In this document: positions 9,384-20,159 of the stretch, one piece after another
Layout of the letters: each line of letters opens with the position of its first letter
Position numbering within the stretch: the stretch's first letter is position 1
NCBI GenBank assembly: GCA_963834385.1
Contig: CAWIBO010000002.1
Coordinates: 256,001-320,000 of the forward strand
Direction of reading: 5' to 3'
Source of the DNA: an uncultured Verrucomicrobiae bacterium
GTDB lineage: Bacteria; Verrucomicrobiota; Verrucomicrobiia; Chthoniobacterales; UBA10450
Length of the DNA: 64,000 nt
Notes under the pieces: generated by a model
The model's input: only the letters and a program-made list of their open reading frames with translations
Databases searched by the model: none
Told to the model about the DNA's origin: nothing
Made by a program: the position numbers and the translations under genes

Positions 9384-9404
9384 GCTGTAAATCTGCCGGC
9401 GTTC

Positions 9405-10250
9405 ATGAGTCTGAGCCAATGTATGCGGATGCACGCGCCCGCGAAGATCAATCTTTCATTCCGCATTGCGGGGCGGCGGCCCGACGGGTTCCACGAGATC
9501 GAGACCTTGATGGCGCCGATCTCGCTCCGGGACGAGCTGGAACTGGAAGCGGAAGGGGAGGATATCCGGTTGCAGTGCGACGATCCCAGTCTCCCGGTGA
9601 CCGGCGACAATCTCGTGGTGCGCGCGGCCGAGGCCTTTGCGCGGGCAACTGGGATCCGGCGGGGCTGGAGGATTACCTTGCAAAAACAGATCCCGCACGG
9701 CGCCGGGCTGGGTGGCGGCAGCAGCGACGCGGCCACCACCCTGCTGGCTTTGAACCGGCACGAAGGCGAGCCGCTATCGCCCGGGCAGCTCACCGAAATC
9801 GCGGGCGGACTGGGGGCGGATGTTCCGTTTTTCCTGCAGGAATCCGCCGCCATCTGCCGCGGCAAGGGCGAACAGGTCACGCCCTCCCCGCTGGCGAGCC
9901 CCGTGAGGCTCCTTCTTCTGAAACCTGCTTTTGGCGTCCCGACGCCCTGGGCGTATTCGCGGTGGCGTGAGGCGAAGGAACTGCCGGGGATCGCCTACGG
10001 GCCGCAAACGTTTGCCGGGCAGACTTTCTTCAACGACCTGGAGCGTCCGGTCTTCGAAAAATTCGTTTTTCTCGCCCGGCTGAAAATGTGGCTGCTGGAG
10101 CAGGCGGAGGTGGGCGCCGCGTTAATGTCGGGATCGGGCTCCACCGTGTTTGCGGCGCTGCGCGAGGGGGCGAAGGGGGAGGACCTGGCCGGGCGGGCCC
10201 GGGCGGAGCTGGACCCTGATCTCTGGAGTTGCGTCTGCGAGACGGCGTGA
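9405..10250 (+). CDS. ispE: 4-diphosphocytidyl-2-C-methyl-D-erythritol kinase
   Basis: APAKINL, KQIPHGAGLGGGSSDAA, GADVPFF, MSGSGS. Confidence 0.96.
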   Translation: MSLSQCMRMHAPAKINLSFRIAGRRPDGFHEIETLMAPISLRDELELEAEGEDIRLQCDDPSLPVTGDNLVVRAAEAFARATGIRRGWRITLQKQIPHGAGLGGGSSDAATTLLALNRHEGEPLSPGQLTEIAGGLGADVPFFLQESAAICRGKGEQVTPSPLASPVRLLLLKPAFGVPTPWAYSRWREAKELPGIAYGPQTFAGQTFFNDLERPVFEKFVFLARLKMWLLEQAEVGAALMSGSGSTVFAALREGAKGEDLAGRARAELDPDLWSCVCETA

Positions 10251-10251
10251 C

Positions 10252-11007
10252 CTAGTCGCCGGAGGTCGCCTTCCAGGTGGCGCGGGCGTACTCGCGGTTC
10301 AGCTTGGCAATGAAGCTGGCGCTGATCTCGGCGGGACAGACCGCCTCGCATTCGTAGGTGTTGGTGCAATTGCCAAACCCGGCCTCGTCCATGGATTGCA
10401 CCATGCGAAGGACGCGGCGTTCCCGTTCCGGTTCGCCCTGCGGGAGAAAGGCGAGATGGGAAACCTTGGCCGCGGTGAAGAGCATGGCGGAAGCATTCGG
10501 GCAGGCGGCGGCGCAGGCGCCGCAGCCGATGCAGGCGGCCGCTTCCATGGCGCGATCGGCATCGTGCTTGGGCACGGGGATCGAGTTGGCCTCCGGGGCT
10601 GATCCGGTGCGCGCGCTCACGAACCCGCCGGCCTGGACGATGCGATCGAGCGCGCTGCGGTCGACCACGAGGTCTTTCACCATCGGAAAGGCGCGCACCC
10701 GGAACGGTTCCACCGTGATGGTCTCGCCATCCCGGAACTCGCGCATGAAAAGCTGGCAGGCCGCGCCGGGATGATCCGGTCCGTGCGCCTCGCCGTTGAT
10801 GGTGAGCGAGCAGGTGCCGCAGATGCCTTCCCGGCAGTCGGAATCAAACGCGACCGGTTCATCGCCTTTTTCGATCAAGCGTTCGTTCACGATGTCGAGC
10901 ATCTCCAGGAAAGAGGTGTCCTCCGAGATGTCGCGCGCCTCGTATTCGACGAGCGCCCCCTCATTCTCCCTGTTTTTCTGGCGCCAGATGCGCAGTTGAA
11001 AATTCAT
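10252..11007 (-). CDS. sdhB: Succinate dehydrogenase/fumarate reductase Fe-S subunit
   Basis: [33 protein letters not shown]. Confidence 0.96.
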   Translation of the reverse strand: MNFQLRIWRQKNRENEGALVEYEARDISEDTSFLEMLDIVNERLIEKGDEPVAFDSDCREGICGTCSLTINGEAHGPDHPGAACQLFMREFRDGETITVEPFRVRAFPMVKDLVVDRSALDRIVQAGGFVSARTGSAPEANSIPVPKHDADRAMEAAACIGCGACAAACPNASAMLFTAAKVSHLAFLPQGEPERERRVLRMVQSMDEAGFGNCTNTYECEAVCPAEISASFIAKLNREYARATWKATSGD

Positions 11008-12929
11008 TTGTAGCTCCTTTGCGTGAGCTCGACCGTTTCAAAGGTGAGCGGTTCCCGGTGCAGCGTCGGTTGCGCGTTCGCGCCGTTGCCCTGGTGTTCC
11101 CAGGCAAAGACCGAAGCGTAGTTCTCGTCGTCCCGCAGGGCCTCGCCCTCGGAGGTTTGGTGTTCCTCCCGGAAATGGCCGCCGCACGATTCGTCGCGCT
11201 CCAGTGCGTCGAGGCACATCAATTCGCCGAACTCGAGGAAATCGGCCACACGCCCGGCGCGCTCCAGGGACTGGTTGAAGTCGTCGCCGTCGCCCGGGAC
11301 GCGCACGTTATTCCAAAACTCCTCGCGGATTTTCGGGATGCGCTGGAGCGCTTCACGCAGGCCGGCGGCGTTGCGCGCCATGCCGCACTTGTCCCAAAGG
11401 AGCAGACCAAGCTCGCGGTGGAATGAATCCACTGACCGGCTCCCGTTGATCGAGAGGAGGCGCTGCACCCGGTCGTTGACGTTTCTCTCCGCCTCCACGA
11501 AGGCCGGGTCGTCGGCGGAAGGGCGCTGGTTGATCTGTCCGGCGAGATAGATCGGCAGGGTGTAAGGCAGAACGAAGTAACCGTCCGCCAAACCCTGCAT
11601 GAGCGCGCTGGCCCCAAGCCGGTTGGCTCCGTGGTCGGAAAAATTCGCCTCGCCCAGCACGTGCAGGCCGGGGACGTTGCTCATCAGGTTATAATCCACC
11701 CAGAGCCCGCCCATGGTGTAATGCACCGCCGGGTAGATGCGCATCGGCCGTTCATAGGCGTTTTCGCCGGTGATTTTTTCGTAGATATCGAAAAGATTGC
11801 CGTAGCGTTCGCGAATGGTTTTCTCGCCGAGACGGTTGATGGCATCCGCGAAGTCGAGGAAAACGCCGCGTCCGCCCGGCCCGACGCCGCGACCTTCGTC
11901 GCAGACTTCCTTGGCGCTGCGCGAGGAAATGTCGCGCGGGGCAAGGTTGCCGAAGCTGGGATATTTGCGTTCCAGGTAATAGTCGCGCTCGGCCTCCGGG
12001 ATTTCCCCCGGAGCGCGATGATCGCCCTGCTTTTTGGGCACCCAAACGCGGCCGTCGTTGCGGAGCGACTCGGACATGAGGGTGAGCTTCGACTGGTGGA
12101 GGCCGGTGACCGGGATGCAGGTGGGATGGATCTGCGTGAAACAGGGGTTGGCGAATAGCGCGCCCTTTTTGTAGGCGCGAAAAGTGGCGGTGACATTGCA
12201 GCCGCGCGCGTTGGTGGAGAGATAAAAGACGTTGCCGTAACCGCCGGTGGCCAGAATGACGGCGTCAGCCGCATGCCGCTCGATTTTTCCGGTGAGCAGG
12301 CTGCGGGTGATGATCCCCTTGGCGTGGCCGTTGACGATGACGAGGTCGAGCATTTCCGTCTGCGGGAACATGCGCACCGTCCCGGCGGCGATCTGGCGGG
12401 ACAAGGCCTGGTAGGCGCCGAGGAGGAGCTGCTGGCCGGTCTGGCCGCGCGCGTAAAAGGTGCGCGAGACCTGGGCGCCGCCGAACGAGCGGTTGGCCAG
12501 AAGGCCGCCGTATTCGCGGGCGAAAGGCACGCCCTGCTCGACGCACTGGTCGATGATGGCGTTGCTGACCTCCGCCAGGCGATAAACGTTGGCTTCGCGC
12601 GACCGAAAATCGCCTCCCTTGATCGTGTCGTAAAAAAGCCGGAAAACGCTGTCGCCGTCGTTCTGGTAGTTTTTCGCCGCATTGATGCCGCCCTGCGCGG
12701 CAATGCTGTGGGCGCGGCGGGGGCTGTCCTGGTAGCAGAAACACTTCACGTTGTATCCCTGCTCGCCGAGGGTGGCCGCGGCCGAGCCTCCCGCCAGTCC
12801 GCTGCCGACAACGATGATCTCGAACTTTCGGCGGTTGGCCGGGGAAACGAGGCGGGCGTGATCTTTGTAATCGCCCCATTTCCGGTCGAGCGGCCCGGCG
12901 GGGACCCGTGAGTCGATGGAGCCGATCAT
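11004..12929 (-). CDS. sdhA: Succinate dehydrogenase/fumarate reductase flavoprotein
   Basis: [32 protein letters not shown]. Confidence 0.97.
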   Translation of the reverse strand: MIGSIDSRVPAGPLDRKWGDYKDHARLVSPANRRKFEIIVVGSGLAGGSAAATLGEQGYNVKCFCYQDSPRRAHSIAAQGGINAAKNYQNDGDSVFRLFYDTIKGGDFRSREANVYRLAEVSNAIIDQCVEQGVPFAREYGGLLANRSFGGAQVSRTFYARGQTGQQLLLGAYQALSRQIAAGTVRMFPQTEMLDLVIVNGHAKGIITRSLLTGKIERHAADAVILATGGYGNVFYLSTNARGCNVTATFRAYKKGALFANPCFTQIHPTCIPVTGLHQSKLTLMSESLRNDGRVWVPKKQGDHRAPGEIPEAERDYYLERKYPSFGNLAPRDISSRSAKEVCDEGRGVGPGGRGVFLDFADAINRLGEKTIRERYGNLFDIYEKITGENAYERPMRIYPAVHYTMGGLWVDYNLMSNVPGLHVLGEANFSDHGANRLGASALMQGLADGYFVLPYTLPIYLAGQINQRPSADDPAFVEAERNVNDRVQRLLSINGSRSVDSFHRELGLLLWDKCGMARNAAGLREALQRIPKIREEFWNNVRVPGDGDDFNQSLERAGRVADFLEFGELMCLDALERDESCGGHFREEHQTSEGEALRDDENYASVFAWEHQGNGANAQPTLHREPLTFETVELTQRSYK

Positions 12930-13618
12930 AGCTGCTGGGCCGGTTTCACGAGGCCGAAGAGGACGGCCAGCGGGATGGAGGTGTAGCCGACGAAGATGGC
13001 CCAGGCGACGATCCGTCCGAGACGGGCCAGACGCGGGGCGGACCGTTTGTTATTGAAGCCGATGGATTGGAAGAAGCTCGAGGAGCCGTGGCTGAGGTGC
13101 AGCGCCAGAAGGAACATGGAGAGAACGTAAAAGCCGGAGACGAGCGGGCTCTGGAAACCGTAAACCATCATGGAATACACGTCGTAGCCGTTCAGCGGAT
13201 CCTCCTTGAGCAGGAGAAAACGCGGGTCGGTCGACCGCACGGTGAAATGGGCGATGTGATAAATGATGAACGAGATCAGGACGAGGCCGCTCAGGGCCAT
13301 GGAACGCGAGGCGATGGTGGCCTTGACGTGGTCCTTGCGCCGGTAACGCTCGGGGCGGGCCCGGCGGTTATCGATCGCGAGCCGGATCGTGTAATAAATA
13401 TGTACCAGCACGGTCACGAGCAGCCCGATGCGAATCACCCAGAGCATCGGGCCGAGCAGGCGAAGCTTGTGCGCGTAGGCGTTGATCCAGGCCGGACCCA
13501 GGAAAATCTGAAGGTTGCCAAGGAGATGGCCGATGACGAACCCGATCAGGATCAGGCCGGTCACGGCCACGATCATCTTACGGCCGATGGAGGAGCGAAC
13601 GAAGGCGGCGAAGTTCAA
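12926..13618 (-). CDS. sdhC: Succinate dehydrogenase cytochrome b subunit
   Basis: [13 protein letters not shown], five TM helices with His ligands, first gene of the sdh operon. Confidence 0.93.
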   Translation of the reverse strand: MNFAAFVRSSIGRKMIVAVTGLILIGFVIGHLLGNLQIFLGPAWINAYAHKLRLLGPMLWVIRIGLLVTVLVHIYYTIRLAIDNRRARPERYRRKDHVKATIASRSMALSGLVLISFIIYHIAHFTVRSTDPRFLLLKEDPLNGYDVYSMMVYGFQSPLVSGFYVLSMFLLALHLSHGSSSFFQSIGFNNKRSAPRLARLGRIVAWAIFVGYTSIPLAVLFGLVKPAQQL

Positions 13619-13658
13619 TCAATTAAGTTACGCGGCAGGGTGAACGATTGGATGAACC

Positions 13659-13686
13659 AGAGTAGGGCGGTCGCGAATGGCGTCAA
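13659..13686 (-). promoter_or_regulatory. sigma70 promoter of sdhCAB
   Basis: TTGACG-N16-TACTCT on the minus strand. Confidence 0.5.
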
Positions 13687-13757
13687 GATGGCACAAAAAT
13701 GGAGGCTGGCAGTTCCGGACCCAATCGATATCATTCGGCCCCTGTCACCCCCTTCCG

Positions 13758-15605
13758 ATGCACCCTCAGCCGCCCATCCCAGCTTTGCGGGAGACCTCGC
13801 CCGGAGAGCGGTCAGCCGATTTCCTGGACATCTTCGATGGACGGGCCATGGGGCGGATCCGGAATGCCGAAGGAAGGTTGCTGGGGCGCTACCGACGTTG
13901 TTGGATTAATTCTCCCGCAGCGGCGACCCGTCTGGCCCTGGGGCTCCTGCGGGATCGCCCGGAGTTGCGGGGGCTCTTTCCAGGGGCGCTTCGGAATTCT
14001 GCCTACCGCCATTGGTTGAGCGAGCGCGGTCCATTCGGGGCGCGCGGGCGAAAAGCGGCGTTGTCGTTCGCGGCGGCCTTTGCCGGTCTGCGCGGGTCCC
14101 GGGTGCGGGATTATTACCTGCACAGTCCCGGGCACCAGCGAAGCTTCCCGCTCGCCCTGGTGCCGGGTGGCCAGAAACGATTTGTCGGCTGGTTGCTGGG
14201 CAAGGGACGGCTCCAGCACGATCTGAGCGAGGAGGAGATCCTTTGGTTCCTGCACGAAAGCGCCGAAGATCCCGAGGAGGCATGGCGAAGCACCTTCCTG
14301 GTCCAGCCGGAATGGCAAAGGCTGGCGGAGACCGACGAAGAACTGCCGTCGGATTTTCTGCGGGTGGCGGAAAGACCGGGGCTGACTTTTCGCGAGGTGG
14401 GTCGGTCGATCGGGGGCGAGGACGCGGCCGCGGCCGCGGCCACGGCGCCCGGGGTGAATATTCTCGGCCATTTTTGCTACCCGTGCGGCCTGCAACAGGC
14501 CGGCCTGGCGCTCAAATCCGCCCTGACATCGGCGGGACTCGCGACTTCCTGCCGTGACGTCCCGGCGGGCGTGCGCATGCAACTGGGAACGCGCGAAGCC
14601 TGGCTGGGATTGGAAAAATATCCCGTCACCATCATCAACGTGGCGCCCTGGCCGCACTTCAAGGAGTGCTACGCGCGCAGCGGGCTCTGGCGCCGTCACG
14701 ACGTTCACCGGATCGCCTATTGGTATTGGGAATTTCCGACCGTGCCCGCTCTCTGGCATGAGCTGGCGCCGCTGGTGGACGAGGTCTGGACGCCAACGCC
14801 GTTCGTGACGGAAGCGCTGCGGGCCTCACTGCCCCTGCCCGTGCACGAAATTGCGCCGGCGGTGGTGACGGCTGCGCCGGAGCCGGTGGCGCGCGAGCGT
14901 TTCGGACTGGGGGCGGAGACGTTCGTTTTCCTTTTCATGTTCGACATGTTCAGCGATTTCGAGCGAAAGAATCCGCTGGCCTTGCTCCGCGCCTACCGGC
15001 GCGCCTTTGGCCCGCGGGATGATGTTCATCTTCTGATCAAGGTCACCCGTGGCGGGGTGGACCTGGCCAACCTGGCGCGGCTGCGAAAGATGGCCGCGGA
15101 AGAGGGCGCCCCGGTGACGGTGTGCGACGAACTGGTCTCGCGGGAGCAGGCCACCGGCTACATCGCCATGAGCGACGCCGTTGTTTCACTGCATCGCTCG
15201 GAAGGGTTTGGGCTGGTCCTGGCCGAGGCGATGGCGCTGGGCAAGCCGGTGATTGGGACCAGATATTCGGGGAATCTCGCCTTCATGAACGGTGGGAACA
15301 GTCTGTTGGTCGAGCACCGCCTCGTCCGGGTGGATGGACACACGCCGCGCTATCCGCAGGGCGCGTGGTGGGCGGAGCCGAGCGAGACGCACGCGGCTGA
15401 CTGTCTGCGCGCGGTCTACGAGGACCGGTCGGCCAGCGCGCAGCGCGCGGCCCGGGCCGAGTGGGAGATCCGGCAGAATTTCGGGGTGGAGGCGGCGGGC
15501 CGTCGCATGGTGGCCCGGCTTGAGGCGATCGGGCAGGGGGCGACGGGTATGCCGTTGCGGAACAGGGATGAGAAGGCCGCCGGCACGCCGCTGGCGCTGG
15601 CCTAG
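13758..15605 (+). CDS. GT4-family glycosyltransferase with N-terminal extension
   Basis: YWYWE, ERKNP, SLHRSEGFGLVLAEAMALGKPVI. Confidence 0.9.
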   Translation: MHPQPPIPALRETSPGERSADFLDIFDGRAMGRIRNAEGRLLGRYRRCWINSPAAATRLALGLLRDRPELRGLFPGALRNSAYRHWLSERGPFGARGRKAALSFAAAFAGLRGSRVRDYYLHSPGHQRSFPLALVPGGQKRFVGWLLGKGRLQHDLSEEEILWFLHESAEDPEEAWRSTFLVQPEWQRLAETDEELPSDFLRVAERPGLTFREVGRSIGGEDAAAAAATAPGVNILGHFCYPCGLQQAGLALKSALTSAGLATSCRDVPAGVRMQLGTREAWLGLEKYPVTIINVAPWPHFKECYARSGLWRRHDVHRIAYWYWEFPTVPALWHELAPLVDEVWTPTPFVTEALRASLPLPVHEIAPAVVTAAPEPVARERFGLGAETFVFLFMFDMFSDFERKNPLALLRAYRRAFGPRDDVHLLIKVTRGGVDLANLARLRKMAAEEGAPVTVCDELVSREQATGYIAMSDAVVSLHRSEGFGLVLAEAMALGKPVIGTRYSGNLAFMNGGNSLLVEHRLVRVDGHTPRYPQGAWWAEPSETHAADCLRAVYEDRSASAQRAARAEWEIRQNFGVEAAGRRMVARLEAIGQGATGMPLRNRDEKAAGTPLALA

Positions 15606-15621
15606 CGCGAAGAAATTTCCT

Positions 15622-16578
15622 GTGCTCACGCCAGAAGCCATCCGCTGGGCCTACCGGCTTTTTCTCGACCGCGAGCCCGAGAACGAGGCGGTGGTAACGC
15701 ACAAGCTCAGGGCCTCGAACACACAGGAACTTCGGCGCAATTTCTTCTCCTCTGAGGAATTCCGGCGAAAGAATCAGCACTCGTTTCAGCTTTCCGGGAA
15801 CGAGCCCCCACTGGAGATCGACCTCGAAGCCGGGGAGGAGGAACTGGCCAGGCTCTTCGAAAAGGTGCGGGCGAGCTGGGAATATCTTGGTCGGACGGAA
15901 CCGCACTGGTCCGTTCTTACCGAGGACAAATTCCGCGCGGCGCACATCGGGAAATCGCGGGAGGAATTTTTCGAGTCCGGCTGGGATTCCGTGGCCTATC
16001 TACAGGCCTTCATGCGCCGGCACCGGATCGATCCCGCTGCCGTGCACGACTGCCTGGAACTGGGCTGTGGCCTCGGGCGCGTCACCCGATGGCTGGCGCA
16101 GGAGTTCCCCTCCGTGACCGGGTGCGACATCTCCGCGTCCCACCTGGCTGAGGCGAAAACTCACCTGGCCGCCGCCGGCCTGACCAACGTGGAACTGATG
16201 CATTTGACGGAGCCTCGGCAGCTGGGGGATCTGCCGGCGGTTGATCTCATCTTTTCGATCCTGGTTATTCAGCACAATCCGCCTCCGCTGATGCAGTTCC
16301 TGGTGCGGCAGTTGGTGCGGGCGCTGCGGCCAGGCGGCGTCGCTCTTCTGCAGTTGCCCACTTACCTGACCGGTTACGCCTTCTCCCTTGCTGCCTATCT
16401 CCAGGCACCTCCCGGGCCCCTGGAGATGGAGATGCACGTGTTGCCGCAGAGCGCCGTCTTTGAGGCTGTGGAAATCGAAGGCGGCCGCGTTCTGGAAGTC
16501 CTGACCAACGCGGGTGTCGACCCGACGTTTCGCGGCGTCTCGGAAATGTTCTTCGTGCAAAAAAGAGGCCGGCGCTGA
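15622..16578 (+). CDS. Class I SAM-dependent methyltransferase
   Basis: LELGCGLGR, GCDIS, LRPGG. GTG start follows the GT stop. Confidence 0.85.
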   Translation: MLTPEAIRWAYRLFLDREPENEAVVTHKLRASNTQELRRNFFSSEEFRRKNQHSFQLSGNEPPLEIDLEAGEEELARLFEKVRASWEYLGRTEPHWSVLTEDKFRAAHIGKSREEFFESGWDSVAYLQAFMRRHRIDPAAVHDCLELGCGLGRVTRWLAQEFPSVTGCDISASHLAEAKTHLAAAGLTNVELMHLTEPRQLGDLPAVDLIFSILVIQHNPPPLMQFLVRQLVRALRPGGVALLQLPTYLTGYAFSLAAYLQAPPGPLEMEMHVLPQSAVFEAVEIEGGRVLEVLTNAGVDPTFRGVSEMFFVQKRGRR

Positions 16579-16595
16579 ATCCGGGGGCGGGTCAC

Positions 16596-18752
16596 CTAGC
16601 GGCGCGGACGCTCTTCCCATCGCACCTGCAGACGGGAAATCTTCACGCCAAGCTTTCTCGCGTCGGGACTCAGGCCATGCTCAAGCGGGCTGGCCGGTTC
16701 GGGGATGGTGATGCCCAGGGTGATGCGACCATCGTCGCGCCGGGCGGAACGCGGCACGACCACTTTCTGGAAACCGGAGGTCCCGGGCGTGACCTGCCAT
16801 TTTCCCGCCGGCTTCCCGTTGATCGTAATCGGGAATTCGCGCGCTTTCGCCGGGGGCGGGAAGAATGCGCTGACCTCGGCTTCGATCGCCAAGTCCTCCG
16901 CGACGAAGGGCGCGACGAGCCGGATTTCTGCGGTGGGTCCGACAGTCCATGTCCCGACCGGTTCGGCGCGGCCAAACCCGGAAAGGGCGGCGGCGGGAAG
17001 GGCCGGAGCCTGGTCGCGGCAAAAGCTGACCGGTGTCTCCCAGGCGACCGGGAAAAAATAATCGTTGTCTGGCGGAGCGGGCGCTTTTTCCTCCAATGTT
17101 ATTTCCTCCAGGTGCAACCCAAGGGCCCGGATGACCTCATTCGCTCCCAGCGATGCAGGCGTCACCGTCTTATCCACCACGAGTCGGAGGGCCATGCGTC
17201 CATCTTTGGCAAGGTCGCGGGGAATGAGAGCGGTATGGTTCAGGGGCGCTTCATTGGGAAACGTCCAATCGGCCACCTGGGTCCCATTGACGTATAGGCG
17301 GGCGGATGGCGGGGTGGACCCTGGGGCGGAAAGCGCGGAAAGTCGTGCGGTCAGAAGGAGATCGCTGGCCGGTTCCGGTCCCGCCACGCGGAGAAGACAC
17401 TCCTTCCCGTCCATCCAAACTCCCTGCGGATCAGCCTGGAACAGACCATGGGTGAAGCGCGCAGCGGTTCCCTGGCCCGCGGCGAAACGGAGTGTTTCAC
17501 CCCAGTAAACCGGCAGGGTCTCGGTCGGGAAGGCCGCCTTCTTTCCGGGGTGCGCGCGGGCGAAGGCGAGAACATCCTCCACAAAGCGTTTGAGGAACTG
17601 CATCTGCAGGTTGGACTCGTTCACCTCGAGGATGAGGAGGTCGGCGCCGAAGATGTCGCCGGCGATGTTCAGGGCGGGCGCCGGCGCCACCATCAGAGGT
17701 GAATAATCGCGGAGGTAACAGGTTTTGCGCAGCTTGTAATAAAAGTAGCTGTGGATCTCGGAAAATTGCCCCGATTCCTGCATCACTTCGGCGAGCTTCC
17801 AGGAGAAGCTGTCGCCCACCATGGCCACGGTCGGGCGCGGACCTGTCCGCGCGGCGGGCTTGATGGTGATGTCGGCGGAAAGATAGCGCCAGGGGCGAGC
17901 GAGGTTGAGGAGGGCCTCCATGTCGCGGTCGGCCCTTCCGGGACGGTCCGTCGCCTCGATCATCTCCGGTTCCAGCGGGACGAGCCCGGGCCAATCCTGC
18001 GCCAGCATAGCCAGAAGCGCGTTGGTGGCGTGAAGCACCAGGTAATCCGACCAATGGATGGCCCCCTTCGTGAAAAGGGGGAGCGGCGCCTCCGCCTTCA
18101 GCGCCATGGCCTGCGTATGCCCGTCGAGGAAACGCACGCCTTCTTCGCGGAGAAGCGTTTGCAGCAATACGGAGGCGCGCGGTCGCGGGTCTTCGCGGCC
18201 CTGCCAGCGGGGCGGCAGATATTCCGGGTAAATGGCCGCCTTCGCAGGCGTGATCATGATGGCCAGGGGAAGGCGGCGGCGGCGGCATTCCTCCTGGAGA
18301 GCGGCGAGGTTCCGCGCCAGCGGCAGCAACTCCTCGCGGGCAGGCCGGAACCAGAGATAATCGCGCAGGTATCCCTGATGGAAGAGGTAGTTATCCTTCC
18401 CGAAAATGATGGCGTCGGTGCGGAAAATGGAAACGCGCAGGAGCCTGTAATAGGCTTCGTTGGTCAGGCGAATGAGAAACTCGCGCGCCGGGAAGGTGTC
18501 GTTGAAGTGGGTGGCGACCGATCGCTGATAGGTGGCGCGACGCAGGCTCTCAAGGGAGAAGGGGACGGGCGGTGGAAGCGACCTTAACCCCGCCAGTGTG
18601 CGGGAGGCGATCCAGTCATGCTGCCACAGACTGCAAACGTCGTTTTGCACGGCGGGGAGACGGCGCAGGCCGGCGAGGAGGAGAGGACTGACGAAGAGGA
18701 TGGCGATGACGGCAAGGAGGGCGTATTCAGCCAGGCGCAGGGAGGATCTCAT
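16596..18752 (-). CDS. AlgJ/AlgX-like O-acetyltransferase with two tandem C-terminal beta domains
   Basis: N-terminal TM, GKDNYLF, PAKAAIYPEYLP, IHW, VGDSFS; directly downstream of the MBOAT gene. Confidence 0.8.
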   Translation of the reverse strand: MRSSLRLAEYALLAVIAILFVSPLLLAGLRRLPAVQNDVCSLWQHDWIASRTLAGLRSLPPPVPFSLESLRRATYQRSVATHFNDTFPAREFLIRLTNEAYYRLLRVSIFRTDAIIFGKDNYLFHQGYLRDYLWFRPAREELLPLARNLAALQEECRRRRLPLAIMITPAKAAIYPEYLPPRWQGREDPRPRASVLLQTLLREEGVRFLDGHTQAMALKAEAPLPLFTKGAIHWSDYLVLHATNALLAMLAQDWPGLVPLEPEMIEATDRPGRADRDMEALLNLARPWRYLSADITIKPAARTGPRPTVAMVGDSFSWKLAEVMQESGQFSEIHSYFYYKLRKTCYLRDYSPLMVAPAPALNIAGDIFGADLLILEVNESNLQMQFLKRFVEDVLAFARAHPGKKAAFPTETLPVYWGETLRFAAGQGTAARFTHGLFQADPQGVWMDGKECLLRVAGPEPASDLLLTARLSALSAPGSTPPSARLYVNGTQVADWTFPNEAPLNHTALIPRDLAKDGRMALRLVVDKTVTPASLGANEVIRALGLHLEEITLEEKAPAPPDNDYFFPVAWETPVSFCRDQAPALPAAALSGFGRAEPVGTWTVGPTAEIRLVAPFVAEDLAIEAEVSAFFPPPAKAREFPITINGKPAGKWQVTPGTSGFQKVVVPRSARRDDGRITLGITIPEPASPLEHGLSPDARKLGVKISRLQVRWEERPRR

Positions 18753-18756
18753 CGTC

Positions 18757-20151
18757 TTAGAAGCGGAAGTAAACGAAAGGCTGGAAGCTGCTAACCGCGA
18801 GCCGTCCAAAACAAAGACAGAGAAGGGCCAGCGCGCCGCCCAGGCGGAGGGCCGGGCCGACGGGAAAGCCCCGGGCCCGGTCCGGGACCCGCAGGAGCGG
18901 CGTCACGATGATGGCGAGGCCGACAAGGAAAAAGAAAAGCACGTCGGGCTCGAGGACAAAATGGCGGACAGCCGTTTCCCCGCCGGCGAAAAGAATCGCG
19001 TAATAGCCGAGCGCGCCGGGGATCGTTTCGTTGCGGAAGAGAACGAGGGTGAGGACGAAAAGGAAATCGGTCAGGATGACGTTGGCGAAGAAAGGGAGCC
19101 GGCGTTGCCAGCGCAGCCAAAAGGCGCGGTCGGCCACGAGAACAAGGCCGTGCAGGCAGCCGAAAAGGACAAAGTTCCAGGCCGCCCCGTGCCAGAGACC
19201 GCAGAGGACAAAGCAGACCCAAAGGTTGAAATAGGTGCGGAACGTAGAGCCGCGGCTGCCGCCCAGTGGGAAGTAAAGATAATCGCGGATCCAGGTGGAG
19301 AGCGAGATGTGCCAGCGCCGCCAGAAATCGGTGAAACTGGTGGCGAGATAAGGATGGTTGAAATTCTCGCGCAGACGGAACCCGAGCATCCGACCGAGCC
19401 CGATGGCCATGTCCGAGTAACCGGAAAAATCGAAGTAGAGCTGCACGGCGAAGAAAGTGATGCCGATCCAGGCCGTGGCCGCGTCCAGTTCCGCGTGGGG
19501 CAATCGGAAAATCCAGTCCACGGAAGGGGCGAGGCTGTCAGCAATGAGAACCTTCTTGGAAAGGCCCACGATGAATCTGGTCAGGCCGTCGCGCACATCC
19601 TCGTAGCGGTGCGCCGGCCGGCGCAGCTGGTCGGCAATGTCGTGGTACTTGACGATCGGGCCCGCCAGCAGCTTGGGGAAAAGGAAGACGTAGTTGAGAT
19701 AATCAAGGAACGACGGTGCGGGCGGGGCGACCCGGCGGTAGAGATCGACCACGTAGGTGATCTTCTCGAAAACGATAAAGGAAACGCCAAGCGGCAGCAC
19801 GATGGTCGGGATGACCAGGGCCGGTTGCCCCATCCGCTCGAGCAGGTAGTTGAGGTTGGCGAAGCCGAAGACGGTGTACTTGGCGTAGACGAGCAGGCCG
19901 ATGTTGTTGATCACGCCTGCGCCCGTGAGCAGCTTCCTTCTCCGCACGGAACCCTCGGCGGCGAGGAATCGGCCGAGGAACCAGTCGAACGCGGAGGAAA
20001 CCACCACGACACAGAGGAAGATCGGCTCGCTCCACCCGTAGAAAACGAGGCTGCCGAGAAGGAGGACCGGCCGCCGCGCCGGAATCAGCCAGTAAAGGCC
20101 GAAGAGGATCGGCAGGAAAACGAATAGAAAGAAGGGGGTGGAAAAGAGCAT
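18757..20151 (-). CDS. MBOAT O-acyltransferase (AlgI-like)
   Basis: LPLGVSF, AGPI, YFDFSGYSDMAIG, ENFNHPY, FWRRWHISLS, GLWHGA. Confidence 0.95.
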   Translation of the reverse strand: MLFSTPFFLFVFLPILFGLYWLIPARRPVLLLGSLVFYGWSEPIFLCVVVVSSAFDWFLGRFLAAEGSVRRRKLLTGAGVINNIGLLVYAKYTVFGFANLNYLLERMGQPALVIPTIVLPLGVSFIVFEKITYVVDLYRRVAPPAPSFLDYLNYVFLFPKLLAGPIVKYHDIADQLRRPAHRYEDVRDGLTRFIVGLSKKVLIADSLAPSVDWIFRLPHAELDAATAWIGITFFAVQLYFDFSGYSDMAIGLGRMLGFRLRENFNHPYLATSFTDFWRRWHISLSTWIRDYLYFPLGGSRGSTFRTYFNLWVCFVLCGLWHGAAWNFVLFGCLHGLVLVADRAFWLRWQRRLPFFANVILTDFLFVLTLVLFRNETIPGALGYYAILFAGGETAVRHFVLEPDVLFFFLVGLAIIVTPLLRVPDRARGFPVGPALRLGGALALLCLCFGRLAVSSFQPFVYFRF

Positions 20152-20159
20152 GGGACGAA

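Noticed and set aside
13688..13703. sigma54 site TGGCAC upstream of the glycosyltransferase
   Set aside because: No GC at the -12 position.
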